Part shown: in pieces, positions 28,319 to 37,702 of the stretch
Position numbering within the stretch: the first letter of the stretch is position 1
Layout: each line of letters starts with the position of its first letter
From: Thermoplasmatales archaeon I-plasma
Lineage (GTDB): Archaea > Thermoplasmatota > Thermoplasmata > Thermoplasmatales > GCA-001856825
DNA length: 64,000 nucleotides
Direction: 5' to 3'
Assembly (NCBI GenBank): GCA_001856825.1
Contig: ATMD01000004.1
Span: forward strand, 319,919 to 383,918
Made by a program: the position numbers and the translations under genes
Notes under the pieces: model-generated
Database searches by the model: none
The model's input: the letters and a program-made list of their open reading frames with translations, nothing else
What the model was told of the DNA's origin: nothing

Positions 28319-29062
28319 TCATCCATTGTAAGAGCCAACGAATGAGTTTCCATTGATTGTATTGTAAGAATAGAATGAGACGTTGAATGCTTTATTGAGG
28401 TTTTCGAGGGTTAATGTGGATTCTGTTTCCCCCCATGCTATCTTCTTTCCATCCCTTAGTATAAGCACCGAATCTGCAAGGTTATGAACTGCATCCAGAT
28501 CATGCATCGTCATGATTATTGTCTTACCTTTCTCCCTCAGCCCCTTTATTAGGTTGTATATGAGGATCTGATTGTCAATGTCAAGGAAATTAGTGGGTTC
28601 ATCCATAATCATTATTTCTGAATCCTGATAAATTGCTGCTGCTAGTGTCACCAACCTTCTCTCGCCCCCGCTTAGAACTGAGAAGTCTCTGTCAATGAAA
28701 TCTGCAAGACCAACCTTGTCAAGAGCGGCCTCCATCTTGCTCTCATCAATCCCCCTCTTATAACCTGAAACGTTCATTACGTCCCTGACAGTAAAACTCA
28801 TCGGGCTGTATATTTCCTGCCAAACGAAAGAAGTCTTTTCTGCCAGCTGCAAACTACTTAGTGAGGATACCTTCATTTTATCGATTTTAACAGTCCCGTC
28901 GTTCGGCTTAAGGTCACCGTGTATTAGTTTCAATGTGGTAGATTTTCCCGAGCCATTCTTTCCTATAATAGCAGTTATAGTGCCATCCCCAACCGTAAAA
29001 TCCAGGGGACCTAACCTGAACGAAGGCACCTGAAAAGTCAGATTTTCTACCTCAACCTTCAT
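28319..29062 (-). CDS. ABC transporter ATP-binding protein (BtuD/FepC type)
   Basis: 247 aa. Walker A GKNGSGKST, signature LSGGERR, Walker B IMIMDEP. Confidence 0.88.
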   Translation of the reverse strand: MKVEVENLTFQVPSFRLGPLDFTVGDGTITAIIGKNGSGKSTTLKLIHGDLKPNDGTVKIDKMKVSSLSSLQLAEKTSFVWQEIYSPMSFTVRDVMNVSGYKRGIDESKMEAALDKVGLADFIDRDFSVLSGGERRLVTLAAAIYQDSEIMIMDEPTNFLDIDNQILIYNLIKGLREKGKTIIMTMHDLDAVHNLADSVLILRDGKKIAWGETESTLTLENLNKAFNVSFYSYNTINGNSFVGSYNG

Positions 29063-30131
29063 ACCTTCCTCCTGTTAGCTTTCTCATGAAATACATCAAG
29101 AATGGCACTCCGATTATACCTGTAACTATGCCTATTGGTATCACGACTCCTGGGACGATACCTCTAGCTATATCATCAGCGCAGATGAGGAATATTGCAC
29201 CAAGTATTCCTGAAGCTGGAATGACATGCTTGTTTGATCCTCCCAGAAGCATTCTGGAAAGGTGGGGCATAACGAGACCCACAAATCCTATTAGACCGCT
29301 TATTGATACAGAGGCAGAAACACCCAGTGCTACCATGAAGATTGTTATTCTCTTTGTCCTTTCTACATTCACTCCTACTGATCTTGCGTGCATGTCGCCC
29401 ATCTGTATAGCATCAAGTTCTCTGTGTTGAAGATAGATTGCGTATGATGTTATCAAAACAATGATCACTACAGGATAAAGAACGGTCCAGTTTATATTCT
29501 CCAGTGACCCAAGAAGCCAGAAGAATGCTTCACCCTGCAAGTTTATATTTGTAAACAGTAGAAGAGCCACTATTGCTGACACAAAGAAAGACACCGCCAC
29601 TCCAGTCAGGAGGAGATAGGTTGGATGAACCCTTCCGCCCTTCAATGCAAAGAAGTATACGATAAAAACAACAGATAACCCAAAAATAAAGGCTGCTATC
29701 TGTTGGGTATATATTCCAAATATAGTAAATCCAAGGACTATCGATGCAACTGCTCCAAGGGACGCCCCGCTAGAAAGTCCTATAATGTATGGCTCAGTTA
29801 TGGGATTCCTGAAAATGCTCTGGATCGCGGCACCTCCGATACCGAGTGATGCGCCTATCACGACACCACCTATTATTTCTGGCTCCCGGAGCTGAATTAT
29901 GATCTGTTCTTGAGCCAATGTATAACCATGAGGAACGAATTGGGAGAGGTATGGAATCTGACTTCCATAAATTTCTAATAAACTCAAGATCGGTATTCTA
30001 ACCGATCCTATAAAATCTGATAGGAGGATTGTAATAATTAGAAGAAAAAAAAGGAAGCCTAACCAAACGTGTTTCATATCTCGACGCCTTTGAATAAAGG
30101 CTTTCAGCCTTTCGTTCTCTAATACGTTCAT
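29052..30131 (-). CDS. FecCD/BtuC-family ABC transporter permease
   Basis: 359 aa, about 9-10 TM helices. Gly-rich C-terminal region GIVTGIIGVPFLMYF is typical of FecCD permeases. Overlaps the ATPase gene by 11 nt. Confidence 0.85.
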   Translation of the reverse strand: MNVLENERLKAFIQRRRDMKHVWLGFLFFLLIITILLSDFIGSVRIPILSLLEIYGSQIPYLSQFVPHGYTLAQEQIIIQLREPEIIGGVVIGASLGIGGAAIQSIFRNPITEPYIIGLSSGASLGAVASIVLGFTIFGIYTQQIAAFIFGLSVVFIVYFFALKGGRVHPTYLLLTGVAVSFFVSAIVALLLFTNINLQGEAFFWLLGSLENINWTVLYPVVIIVLITSYAIYLQHRELDAIQMGDMHARSVGVNVERTKRITIFMVALGVSASVSISGLIGFVGLVMPHLSRMLLGGSNKHVIPASGILGAIFLICADDIARGIVPGVVIPIGIVTGIIGVPFLMYFMRKLTGGRYEG

Positions 30132-30136
30132 ACCTT

Positions 30137-31132
30137 CTAGCTTACCCCGTTTGGATTGGGATTGTAAGTTAAGTTTATTGGGAAACTAGGCAGTGCAGGA
30201 TTTTGCCCGTACACCATGAATATGATCCACTGTATTGCAAAAATGTCTCTGAAATTTGGTTCAGTAAACATGTATTCATTTGAAGTCGTTGTATAAACTT
30301 TGCCGTTCATTACTGCAGGAGAAGACGCAAAGGGTGATCCTGTTGCATTTAGGGAACTCGCATTGATAGAGTCGTCGAGAATGACTATTTGCGGACTTTC
30401 GTTGACTATATTTTCTGGATTGATTGTATAGAAACCAGAGTCGTACGGAGCTGCAATGTTGATTATATCCGCATATTGGAAGTAAGAATTTACGAATGTG
30501 TCATTTCCAGCAGTCCAGTAACCCCCATATGATGATAGATAGTAGAACCCTCTGAGCGGCGTACCATTGTATTCAGATTGGTCGTAACTTAAGGCATCTT
30601 CGTGCAGGGTAGATAAGGAGACGTTCATCCATTGATTTATCAGTGTCGCGTTTGCAACCGTTCCAGTTAGTTCCCCAAGGAGTGTGTTCTGCTTTTCAAT
30701 AACGCTAAAATTTACTCCAGCATCAGAACTCAAGAATACATAATTTATCCCGCTGTTAAGAAGCTGAGAAATCTGTGCTCCGGAGTAGTTGCTGAATGAT
30801 ATTACAGCGTCTGCAGACAGATTAAAAATCTGTTCAAGATCCATACTTGGGTAATCAGTTACATTCGGTAAATTTTCATTTGGTGGATAGAAATCATATG
30901 AGTTACCCCCCACAAGATCATTATAAGCTCCAAGTGCATAGATAGTGGCAGTAGCTGCTGGGTCCAGTGACACGATCCTTGTAAGCTTATACGGAATATT
31001 GTCTCCTGTAGTTATTGTAATGATCTCGCCCTTCGCTTTACCTGTGGCATCTTCGTGGTAAATGACGAATCCGCCTACAACAACTGCCAAGACTACAACC
31101 ACTGCAATTACGATTTTCAAGCGATTATTCAT
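30137..31132 (-). CDS. membrane-anchored substrate-binding protein of the BtuF/FepB-type ABC importer (probable glycoprotein)
   Basis: 331 aa. N-terminal TM anchor KIVIAVVVVLAVVVGGFVI. IVSLDPAATATIYALG resembles the class III binding-protein N-lobe. Twelve N-x-S/T sequons. First gene of the three-gene transporter operon. Confidence 0.6.
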   Translation of the reverse strand: MNNRLKIVIAVVVVLAVVVGGFVIYHEDATGKAKGEIITITTGDNIPYKLTRIVSLDPAATATIYALGAYNDLVGGNSYDFYPPNENLPNVTDYPSMDLEQIFNLSADAVISFSNYSGAQISQLLNSGINYVFLSSDAGVNFSVIEKQNTLLGELTGTVANATLINQWMNVSLSTLHEDALSYDQSEYNGTPLRGFYYLSSYGGYWTAGNDTFVNSYFQYADIINIAAPYDSGFYTINPENIVNESPQIVILDDSINASSLNATGSPFASSPAVMNGKVYTTTSNEYMFTEPNFRDIFAIQWIIFMVYGQNPALPSFPINLTYNPNPNGVS

Positions 31133-31704
31133 GTAGCTTCCTCTAGGTAAAATAAATTTGAATTATTTAAAGTTTATTTGAAATATGTAAAGTAAATAAC
31201 GGAACCCACTACTTCCTTCATCTCAAAAGTTTGAAAATGAATTTCCTAGGGTCCTTCAAAATTCTTAATCTACGAATAAGTGTTATATTGGGCTGTTATC
31301 TACCCCTTAAATGTTTTTGCCCTTCAGGTAGCCCCATTCCAGACTGTTTTTATGTTGGTCAAATATTGAGTATGATCTATGCACCCAAGAGGAGAGATTT
31401 TAACAATTTTTCTTTCTATAGTATCGATTTATATCTGTGATCACTAGAGTTTACCTTCTGTGATTTTGTCGCATTGATAACGATTTCTTGGTTGTTAGCT
31501 ACTAGAGAAATTTATAGAATAACCAATCCGGCGACTAGCTAACCATATTTCGTTGCCTAAAATGAACCATTAATCCTTACGAGCAAGATGATTTATCATT
31601 AAGGGATATGATCAATAACTTTTGAAAAGGCAAAGGTAGTAGATTTAATGAAAACTGAGCGGATTAGATGTCTGTTGCAGCCATCTTAACTGTTCACTAT
31701 TCTT

Positions 31705-33045
31705 TCAGACGTTGGTTTGTGCCACGAATTTACCCAGTCCTGGGAGCATAATATGTGAGTACAGTGCCAGTACATTATTGTAATATACCCCGTCGCTCCC
31801 GTCGCCAAGTCCCTTTCCTCTCAGGTTGGTAAATACTCTTTTTTCATTGATTTCGTCTACCTTTGATTGGTGAAACTCATGTCCTTTAATTTTTGACCCT
31901 GCGTTCGAAATCAGGGAAGCCTGCCTTGCTTTCAATTCGGTGTACCCTATGGTCAATTTAGATGACATTGAGATGTTTATGTCAAAAATTCCAGTCATGC
32001 TGTGGTCCTTATCCGTTTTCAGGCCTGATGACAGGTACATCAACCCTCCGCACTCCCCCATTATCGGAGTACCTTTGTCTGCTTCCTTCCTGATCCAGTT
32101 CTTGGTTCTCTTGCTTCCTTCCAGCTTATTAGCAAATATTTCTGGGTACCCTCCTCCTAAATATATAAAGGAAGGATCATTCACGATACCGTCGGTGAGG
32201 GGACTGAAGAATTCTATGTCAAACATTCCCCGCAGATACTCAATGTTCTCAGTATAGTAGAATAGGAACGCATTATCGAGAGCTATAGCAGCCTTCCCAG
32301 ATTTCTTTGACCGCATTCTAACGGTATTTTCTTTTGGAATTTCCATATTCGTGATATTGAGTATCCTATCTAGGTCTATCCTTTCTGAGACCATTTGGCC
32401 GGCTGCTTTCACAAATTCTTCAGTCTTTACATCGGGGGTTAATAGTCCTAAATGACGGGAACCAACGGAAAGACTGCTATCGTGCGGAATCCACCCTAGG
32501 GGAACTACTCCATCTGGGAGATTCCGAGTACAGTCCCTGTAATGGTGGTCAGAAGCAACATTGTTAAAAATTACTCCCTTTATATTGTTCCTTTTGAACT
32601 TCTTTAGACCGGTTACAACTGCAGATGCGGTTGTGGAATTCTTTGAACAATCTATAACAAGAATTACTGGAGTATTCAGAATCTGGGAAAGTTCCCACGT
32701 GCTATATCTACTGTTCATTCCATCATAGAACCCCATCACCCCTTCAATGATTGACACATTAGAGTTAGCTGAATATTTATCAAATGATCTTTTGACACCC
32801 TTCCTGCCCATTAACCAGAGGTCCAGATTTACAGAATCCCTACCGCTGGCTATTTTATGGTACATGGGATCAATGAAATCTGGGCCAGCTTTGAATGGAG
32901 ATACTTTCACCGATTTAGAAAGTGCGCTCATCAGGCCTAAACTGATTGTTGTTTTGCCTGAATCGCTTCTATCTGAAGATATGACCAGAGCACTCACACT
33001 CGAACTTTCTGGCTTTTCGCCATTCATTGGAGGAGCAGAAAACAT
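31705..33045 (-). CDS. cbiA: cobyrinic acid a,c-diamide synthase
   Basis: 446 aa. N-terminal ATP-binding SDRSDSGKTT, C-terminal glutamine amidotransferase nucleophile ECGGLMYL and KGHEFH. Confidence 0.88.
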   Translation of the reverse strand: MFSAPPMNGEKPESSSVSALVISSDRSDSGKTTISLGLMSALSKSVKVSPFKAGPDFIDPMYHKIASGRDSVNLDLWLMGRKGVKRSFDKYSANSNVSIIEGVMGFYDGMNSRYSTWELSQILNTPVILVIDCSKNSTTASAVVTGLKKFKRNNIKGVIFNNVASDHHYRDCTRNLPDGVVPLGWIPHDSSLSVGSRHLGLLTPDVKTEEFVKAAGQMVSERIDLDRILNITNMEIPKENTVRMRSKKSGKAAIALDNAFLFYYTENIEYLRGMFDIEFFSPLTDGIVNDPSFIYLGGGYPEIFANKLEGSKRTKNWIRKEADKGTPIMGECGGLMYLSSGLKTDKDHSMTGIFDINISMSSKLTIGYTELKARQASLISNAGSKIKGHEFHQSKVDEINEKRVFTNLRGKGLGDGSDGVYYNNVLALYSHIMLPGLGKFVAQTNV

Positions 33046-33051
33046 GAATAT

Positions 33052-34437
33052 CTATAATTTTCCTGTCATGTGACGCATGATGAAATTTGCTCTGAGCTTT
33101 CCTCTTCTACTTTCTCTGCTTATAAAATAAGCAATAATCCCTGAAACAATTATCACTACGGACAGAGCCACTGATATATTAAATGGATAGAGATAGTTGT
33201 TAATTGCTATTGTAACAATGGCATAGATTAGAACCAAGGAGGCAATACCGGGGATAAGTAAATTTCTTACAAATCTTAATCTTCCAATCTTGTGGCTATA
33301 GATCCCTAGAGAAATCGAGACAATTATATGTGACGAGTAGCTGAGAATGGCCGCCATAACAAGCAAAAATATGCTACCTTCAAATGGACCGAATATCGTA
33401 CCTGCAAGAAGTGCAATTGACAAACCAGTTACCGCACCCAAGACGGCCGGAGCCTGTGGGATACCATTAGAATTAACCTGTGGTATCCTCCTTGACCCGA
33501 AATGTCCTTCTCTGGATATTCCGTAGAACATTCTGGTGTAATTATTAGACGTTGCAATGAGAGAAGAGTTAAAACTATTCAATATAAGTACCAACAGGAT
33601 CACTGAAAAGAATATTCCCAGATATCTCCCATAGATCCAGTAACCCGGGTTGTTGATAACAGAATAGAGATAAAACCTCTTTGGACCTAGGACAATACTT
33701 TGTGCAAATGAACTGAGAATGATAACACAACCTATTAGCAAAAGGGAAATAAGTATAGAAAGCGGTACGCTACGTGTTGGACTTTTTGTCTCGGATGATA
33801 GCGGCGTGAGCCCACTTATCCCTCCAAATGCGCCCAGGCCAAGAATGAGAGCAAGTGGCTTGATAGAAGATATATTCATAGAACTGACATAATGTAAATT
33901 GGTTCGGAACAGCCATAAAAGGAGTAGTGAAGTAGCCACCAGGAATAGGATTTCTACAAGCCCCATGACTATAAAATACCGCGTTGACAGTTCAACCCTT
34001 CTTAACACAATAATCAATGCTTCCACGGTCATTACAATGACTACAACGTACCAAAGCCACCGGTACTGCATAACCCCCCCAAGGGAGTTAAGAAACGCAG
34101 AAATGCCAAGTAGACCAAACCCTCCAAATCCTACAATATAGTATATCCAGTAAATCCACCCTGAAACAAACCCGACCCCATTTCCTAGACCCATTGATGC
34201 ATATTTCATCCACGGTGCAGGTGAGTCAACGATCTTCGACCATTGGTAAATAACATAAGTTATGGCAACGTATATTATGAAGGATACTAGGAGCACAAAT
34301 GTCATATTGAACCCTGAAAAGGATGCAAGTGCCACAAGGTACAGTGATACCGTAGCTGCAGGACCGTTCATCGCTATCGATTGACCGACAGTATCAAATG
34401 TACTAAGTGCTCCATGCCTGAGGTTCGACTGAGCCAT
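33052..34437 (-). CDS. APC-superfamily permease embedded in the cobalamin operon
   Basis: 461 aa, about 12 TM helices, APC-like N-terminus (STFDTVGQSIAMNGPAATV). 0-nt gap to the cobT stop and a 6-nt gap to the cbiA start. Confidence 0.7.
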   Translation of the reverse strand: MAQSNLRHGALSTFDTVGQSIAMNGPAATVSLYLVALASFSGFNMTFVLLVSFIIYVAITYVIYQWSKIVDSPAPWMKYASMGLGNGVGFVSGWIYWIYYIVGFGGFGLLGISAFLNSLGGVMQYRWLWYVVVIVMTVEALIIVLRRVELSTRYFIVMGLVEILFLVATSLLLLWLFRTNLHYVSSMNISSIKPLALILGLGAFGGISGLTPLSSETKSPTRSVPLSILISLLLIGCVIILSSFAQSIVLGPKRFYLYSVINNPGYWIYGRYLGIFFSVILLVLILNSFNSSLIATSNNYTRMFYGISREGHFGSRRIPQVNSNGIPQAPAVLGAVTGLSIALLAGTIFGPFEGSIFLLVMAAILSYSSHIIVSISLGIYSHKIGRLRFVRNLLIPGIASLVLIYAIVTIAINNYLYPFNISVALSVVIIVSGIIAYFISRESRRGKLRANFIMRHMTGKL

Positions 34438-35412
34438 CTATTCACCGATAAGATCTGAATAAAGATTGTCTATCTTATCCACTATTTCTTTATTGGTGAA
34501 TCCCGTGGTTGACGCCAGATAATAAGCTCCTCCTGCTCCGACTCCTTCCTTCACTATCCCTTTCTCATACTCTCTTATTCCAGGATATCTTGAAAAGGAC
34601 AGGTCTATCTTGGCCTCAACGAAGGGTGAGCCTATCTCATTAGCAGTTCGCGTAAACGTAGCAGTTTTATCTGCTATTACGTATTTAGTAGTCACAATTG
34701 TAGCTTGATTCAACCCGTCCGAATTTAACAGTGCCGCAACTGCAAGCATTTGTGTCCCTCCGGCTAAATAGACTTTCCCCCTAAACCTTCTGGTAAAACC
34801 ATATAGGAATGCCAAGACGGGATCTCCAAGCTCCCTGAGTACTTCATTCCGTCCTATATCACCGACCCTTTTTAGGGCATCCTCCACGACTTTCAATTTA
34901 AGTGACACGGGATTTCGTGACATGGACGAAGATGAGACTGAATCATAGCCAAGGCTGCGAAGGATTGCCATAGCAGTAGTGGTACCTCCAGGGATACTTT
35001 CCGCCAACATAACCTCATCATCTGCATTGAATACCTCATCAGCAAGGATACTGCTCTTTTCAAGAATTTCGTTTATTTCTGGTACTCCAGACTCTGTTCT
35101 AATATCTTTTCCTTGCGAGTCTGAAATAAAGAAATACGGAACGGAAGGACTAGCTATAGACCCAACCCTGGTGACTAGGACGGGGAATCCAACAAGTATC
35201 TTGGAGGCTTTTGTCACTATTGCTGGAGTTGGGCTCCCAGAAGGAGTAATGGGTATGGCCTCAATGCATTCCGGTCTGTCGTAAAACAAATATTCCGCGT
35301 CAGCAGGGGGAGTAAATTTTATTAATTCCTCGCTTTCCCCTGCAGCTGTTATTCCATTTATCTGCGATACCGCTGAGTTGCCTATTGCCAGTATGAATAT
35401 CATGTAAAGCAA
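34438..35412 (-). CDS. cobT: archaeal-type nicotinate-nucleotide--dimethylbenzimidazole phosphoribosyltransferase (UPF0284/CobT)
   Basis: 324 aa. ITAAGESEEL, PPADAEYL, GSPTPAIVTKA and IPGGTTTAMAILRSLGY match the archaeal CobT family. Confidence 0.8.
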   Translation of the reverse strand: MLYMIFILAIGNSAVSQINGITAAGESEELIKFTPPADAEYLFYDRPECIEAIPITPSGSPTPAIVTKASKILVGFPVLVTRVGSIASPSVPYFFISDSQGKDIRTESGVPEINEILEKSSILADEVFNADDEVMLAESIPGGTTTAMAILRSLGYDSVSSSSMSRNPVSLKLKVVEDALKRVGDIGRNEVLRELGDPVLAFLYGFTRRFRGKVYLAGGTQMLAVAALLNSDGLNQATIVTTKYVIADKTATFTRTANEIGSPFVEAKIDLSFSRYPGIREYEKGIVKEGVGAGGAYYLASTTGFTNKEIVDKIDNLYSDLIGE

Positions 35413-35616
35413 ATTTGATAAAATTAAAGTTTATTTAACCCTTTTGAATTTACCAGTAAGTATTATGGAAAAACCAAGATATGAAAGACCACAAACTCAT
35501 GTATTGGAGCCCATCCACATATTCCGTGCTCTTCATACCTTGGTTTTTCTAGTTATCTGGATTGACTGCAATCTGTCATTCCTCAAGACATGGAGAGGAG
35601 CGGAGAATCAGAAAAT

Positions 35617-36325
35617 ATGAAGTCCCTCCTATCTTTCTTCACAAGAATTCCAGTACATAATGTAAATAGGGAACCAGCTCACCTCTATCTTCTAGTTGTC
35701 GTTTCGGCCTTGATAGCTCTATTCCCATTGGCAGTATTTTTGGTAACATTTAGGTTCCTTCCTAGGGTCCTCGTCTCCATTTTGTCCCTCATTTCCATAT
35801 ATGCCGTGACTGGCCCTTTTACATATAGATGGACTGTCAGATTTTGCCGATGGAATTATGAAGAAAGGTACAAAGGAAGAGAAAATCAAAGCTATGAAAG
35901 ACGTGAACACAGGTGCTGCTGGAATATTTTTATTGCTAATGGTTATACTTGCAGAATTCTATGCAATAAACACTTTCGAAATTCAAACATACACGATCGT
36001 TTTATTCTTCCTAGTTTCTGAAATTTCTTCAAAATTTTCGATGCTTGTTGGTCTTACATTCTTTCCATCTCCAGACTCTGGTTTGGCAAATTTTTTCAAA
36101 GGAAAGGTGAAGAAATACGATATTCCGATTTTTCTTGTGATTTCTCTCCCCATTATTTTAATATCATGGAAAATTTGGTTGGATATTTTAGCAGGAGGTG
36201 CCATATCAATTGCAATAGGTTTCATTTCCATGAAGAACTTTTCTTTCGTCAACGGAGACTCACTCGGTGCAATGAATGAAATTAGCAGGGCGGTGACGAT
36301 GTGGTTGATATGCTTGGGATTGTGA
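35617..36325 (+). pseudogene. cobS: adenosylcobinamide-GDP ribazoletransferase (cobalamin synthase) interrupted by a +1 frame change at 35812-35820
   Basis: Track ORFs 35590..36021 and 35858..36325 are the two halves. The N-terminus is MKSLLSFFTRIPV. The motif T-G-x-x-H-x-D-G-L-x-D-x-x-D-G is split: ...AVTG is in frame 1 and LLHIDGLSDFADGIMK is in frame 2. Removing one C from ggCCCtttt restores a roughly 235-codon CobS. Confidence 0.8.
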
Positions 36326-36819
36326 TGGCTGGGGGGAAATCTTCAAGATATGGAAGGGAAAAGCTCTTGGAAACAATACACGGCAAAAGAGTAATAGACA
36401 TTGTAGTAGGAAATATGTCTATGTCAATTGTAAAGAGGTTCTTTGTCGCCGTGTCTTGGAATGCACCGAGAACCCTGGAATATTGCAAGAGATACAATTC
36501 TATAATTACGCCTGGAATTAGCTACCCAGATGACGTTAAATTTCTCCTTGAAAAGTTTTCTAGACCTTTGTTAGTTGTCAACGGTGATTCCGTATTCGTT
36601 GACACTGAAACCATCAATTTATTCGTCTCTAGGTACCACGGTAGAAGCATGACTGCTTTGGTAAATTCTTCAGGAGAAAAAGTCTACATAGGACTTAACA
36701 TAGCAGTACCCGGAGATGAGCAGGACGAAGTAGTGGAATTCGAAAATCATATCCTTTCGTTAAACATAAACACACCGGAGGACCTCAGGAGGGCGGAGAC
36801 TATTGCCTATAAGTGGTAG
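36301..36819 (+). CDS. cobY: adenosylcobinamide-phosphate guanylyltransferase, archaeal type
   Basis: 172 aa (GTG 36301, alternative ATG 36310). Nucleotidyltransferase motif GIVMAGGKSSRYG. Positioned between cobS and cbiB. Confidence 0.75.
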   Translation: MVDMLGIVMAGGKSSRYGREKLLETIHGKRVIDIVVGNMSMSIVKRFFVAVSWNAPRTLEYCKRYNSIITPGISYPDDVKFLLEKFSRPLLVVNGDSVFVDTETINLFVSRYHGRSMTALVNSSGEKVYIGLNIAVPGDEQDEVVEFENHILSLNINTPEDLRRAETIAYKW

Positions 36820-36841
36820 GGAGCTGTGGATTTTAATTATC

Positions 36842-37702
36842 ATGGCGACTCTCATAATAGATTTTATCTTTGAATACCCCAATAAAATTCATCCAGTCGC
36901 TTGGATTGGGAAATTGCTTGGATTCTTTGATAATCACAGATTATCATCGACACATTCAGGAGAATTCACAAACGGAATGGTGTCTGTACTGGTGACGATT
37001 TTGATAGGGATAACACTTCTTTACTTCATAGGATATATGCCGATTTTAATCAGAGTGGTGGTTGAAATTTATATACTAAAGTCTACATTTTCTGTCGGTG
37101 GATTGGTTAAATCCATAAAGAGATGCGAAACTGATGATATAGAAGCACTGAAAAGAAACACCTCTCAGATAGTATCAAGGGACGTAGCAGGTCTGGACAA
37201 GAACCATTTGTATTCAGCAGCATTCGAGTCTGGGTCAGAAAATCTTGTGGATTCAGTGGTTTCACCGCTGTTTTATCTGGCTCTTTTTGGAATTTGGGGT
37301 GCAGTCATTTTCAGAATAGTAAACACTGCAGATGCGATGATAGGTTACAGAAATGATAGATATGAGTTCTTCGGTAAATTCGCTGCGAGAGCTGATGATG
37401 TCCTGAATTTTATACCTTCGAGACTTTTCGCACTGTTAGTTATGGCCGCAAGCCCTAGGCGCGTTTACAGAAACCTGAAAAATTACAGGAGATTAAAGAT
37501 AAATGGCATGTATTCTATGGCAACGATGGCTGCGTTATTCAACGTTAAAATTGAGAAAATTGGTCATTATTTTGTGGACGGAAAATCATTTCCAAATCCA
37601 GAAACACTTAGGGGGCTTGAATATGCAATACGCTTAATATCATATTCACTATTTTTCATATTGATGGTGGTGATTTATTTCCATGGAACATGGTGGAGCT
37701 AG
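36842..37702 (+). CDS. cbiB: adenosylcobinamide-phosphate synthase
   Basis: Start chosen at ATG 36842. The track TTG at 36803 overlaps cobY. HPVAWIGK near the N-terminus and a multi-TM CobD/CbiB architecture. Confidence 0.85.
   Translation: MATLIIDFIFEYPNKIHPVAWIGKLLGFFDNHRLSSTHSGEFTNGMVSVLVTILIGITLLYFIGYMPILIRVVVEIYILKSTFSVGGLVKSIKRCETDDIEALKRNTSQIVSRDVAGLDKNHLYSAAFESGSENLVDSVVSPLFYLALFGIWGAVIFRIVNTADAMIGYRNDRYEFFGKFAARADDVLNFIPSRLFALLVMAASPRRVYRNLKNYRRLKINGMYSMATMAALFNVKIEKIGHYFVDGKSFPNPETLRGLEYAIRLISYSLFFILMVVIYFHGTWWS

Noticed and set aside
31133-31400. Cobalamin riboswitch in the leader of the btuF-like operon
   Set aside because: The minus-strand leader has only a faint GGAAGTAGTGGGTTCC resemblance to the riboswitch core. 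It has no B12-box (GCCACTG-like) element and no GC-rich paired regions. I am also not aware of cobalamin riboswitches being established in archaea.
35812-35828. Programmed -1 ribosomal frameshift at the slippery heptamer C-CCT-TTT in cobS
   Set aside because: The heptamer is in the correct X-XXY-YYZ register. However, the -1 frame reads CCC TTT TAC ATA TAG and terminates at 35826-35828. The CobS motif continues in the +1 frame instead, so a simple -1 slip cannot produce full-length CobS.
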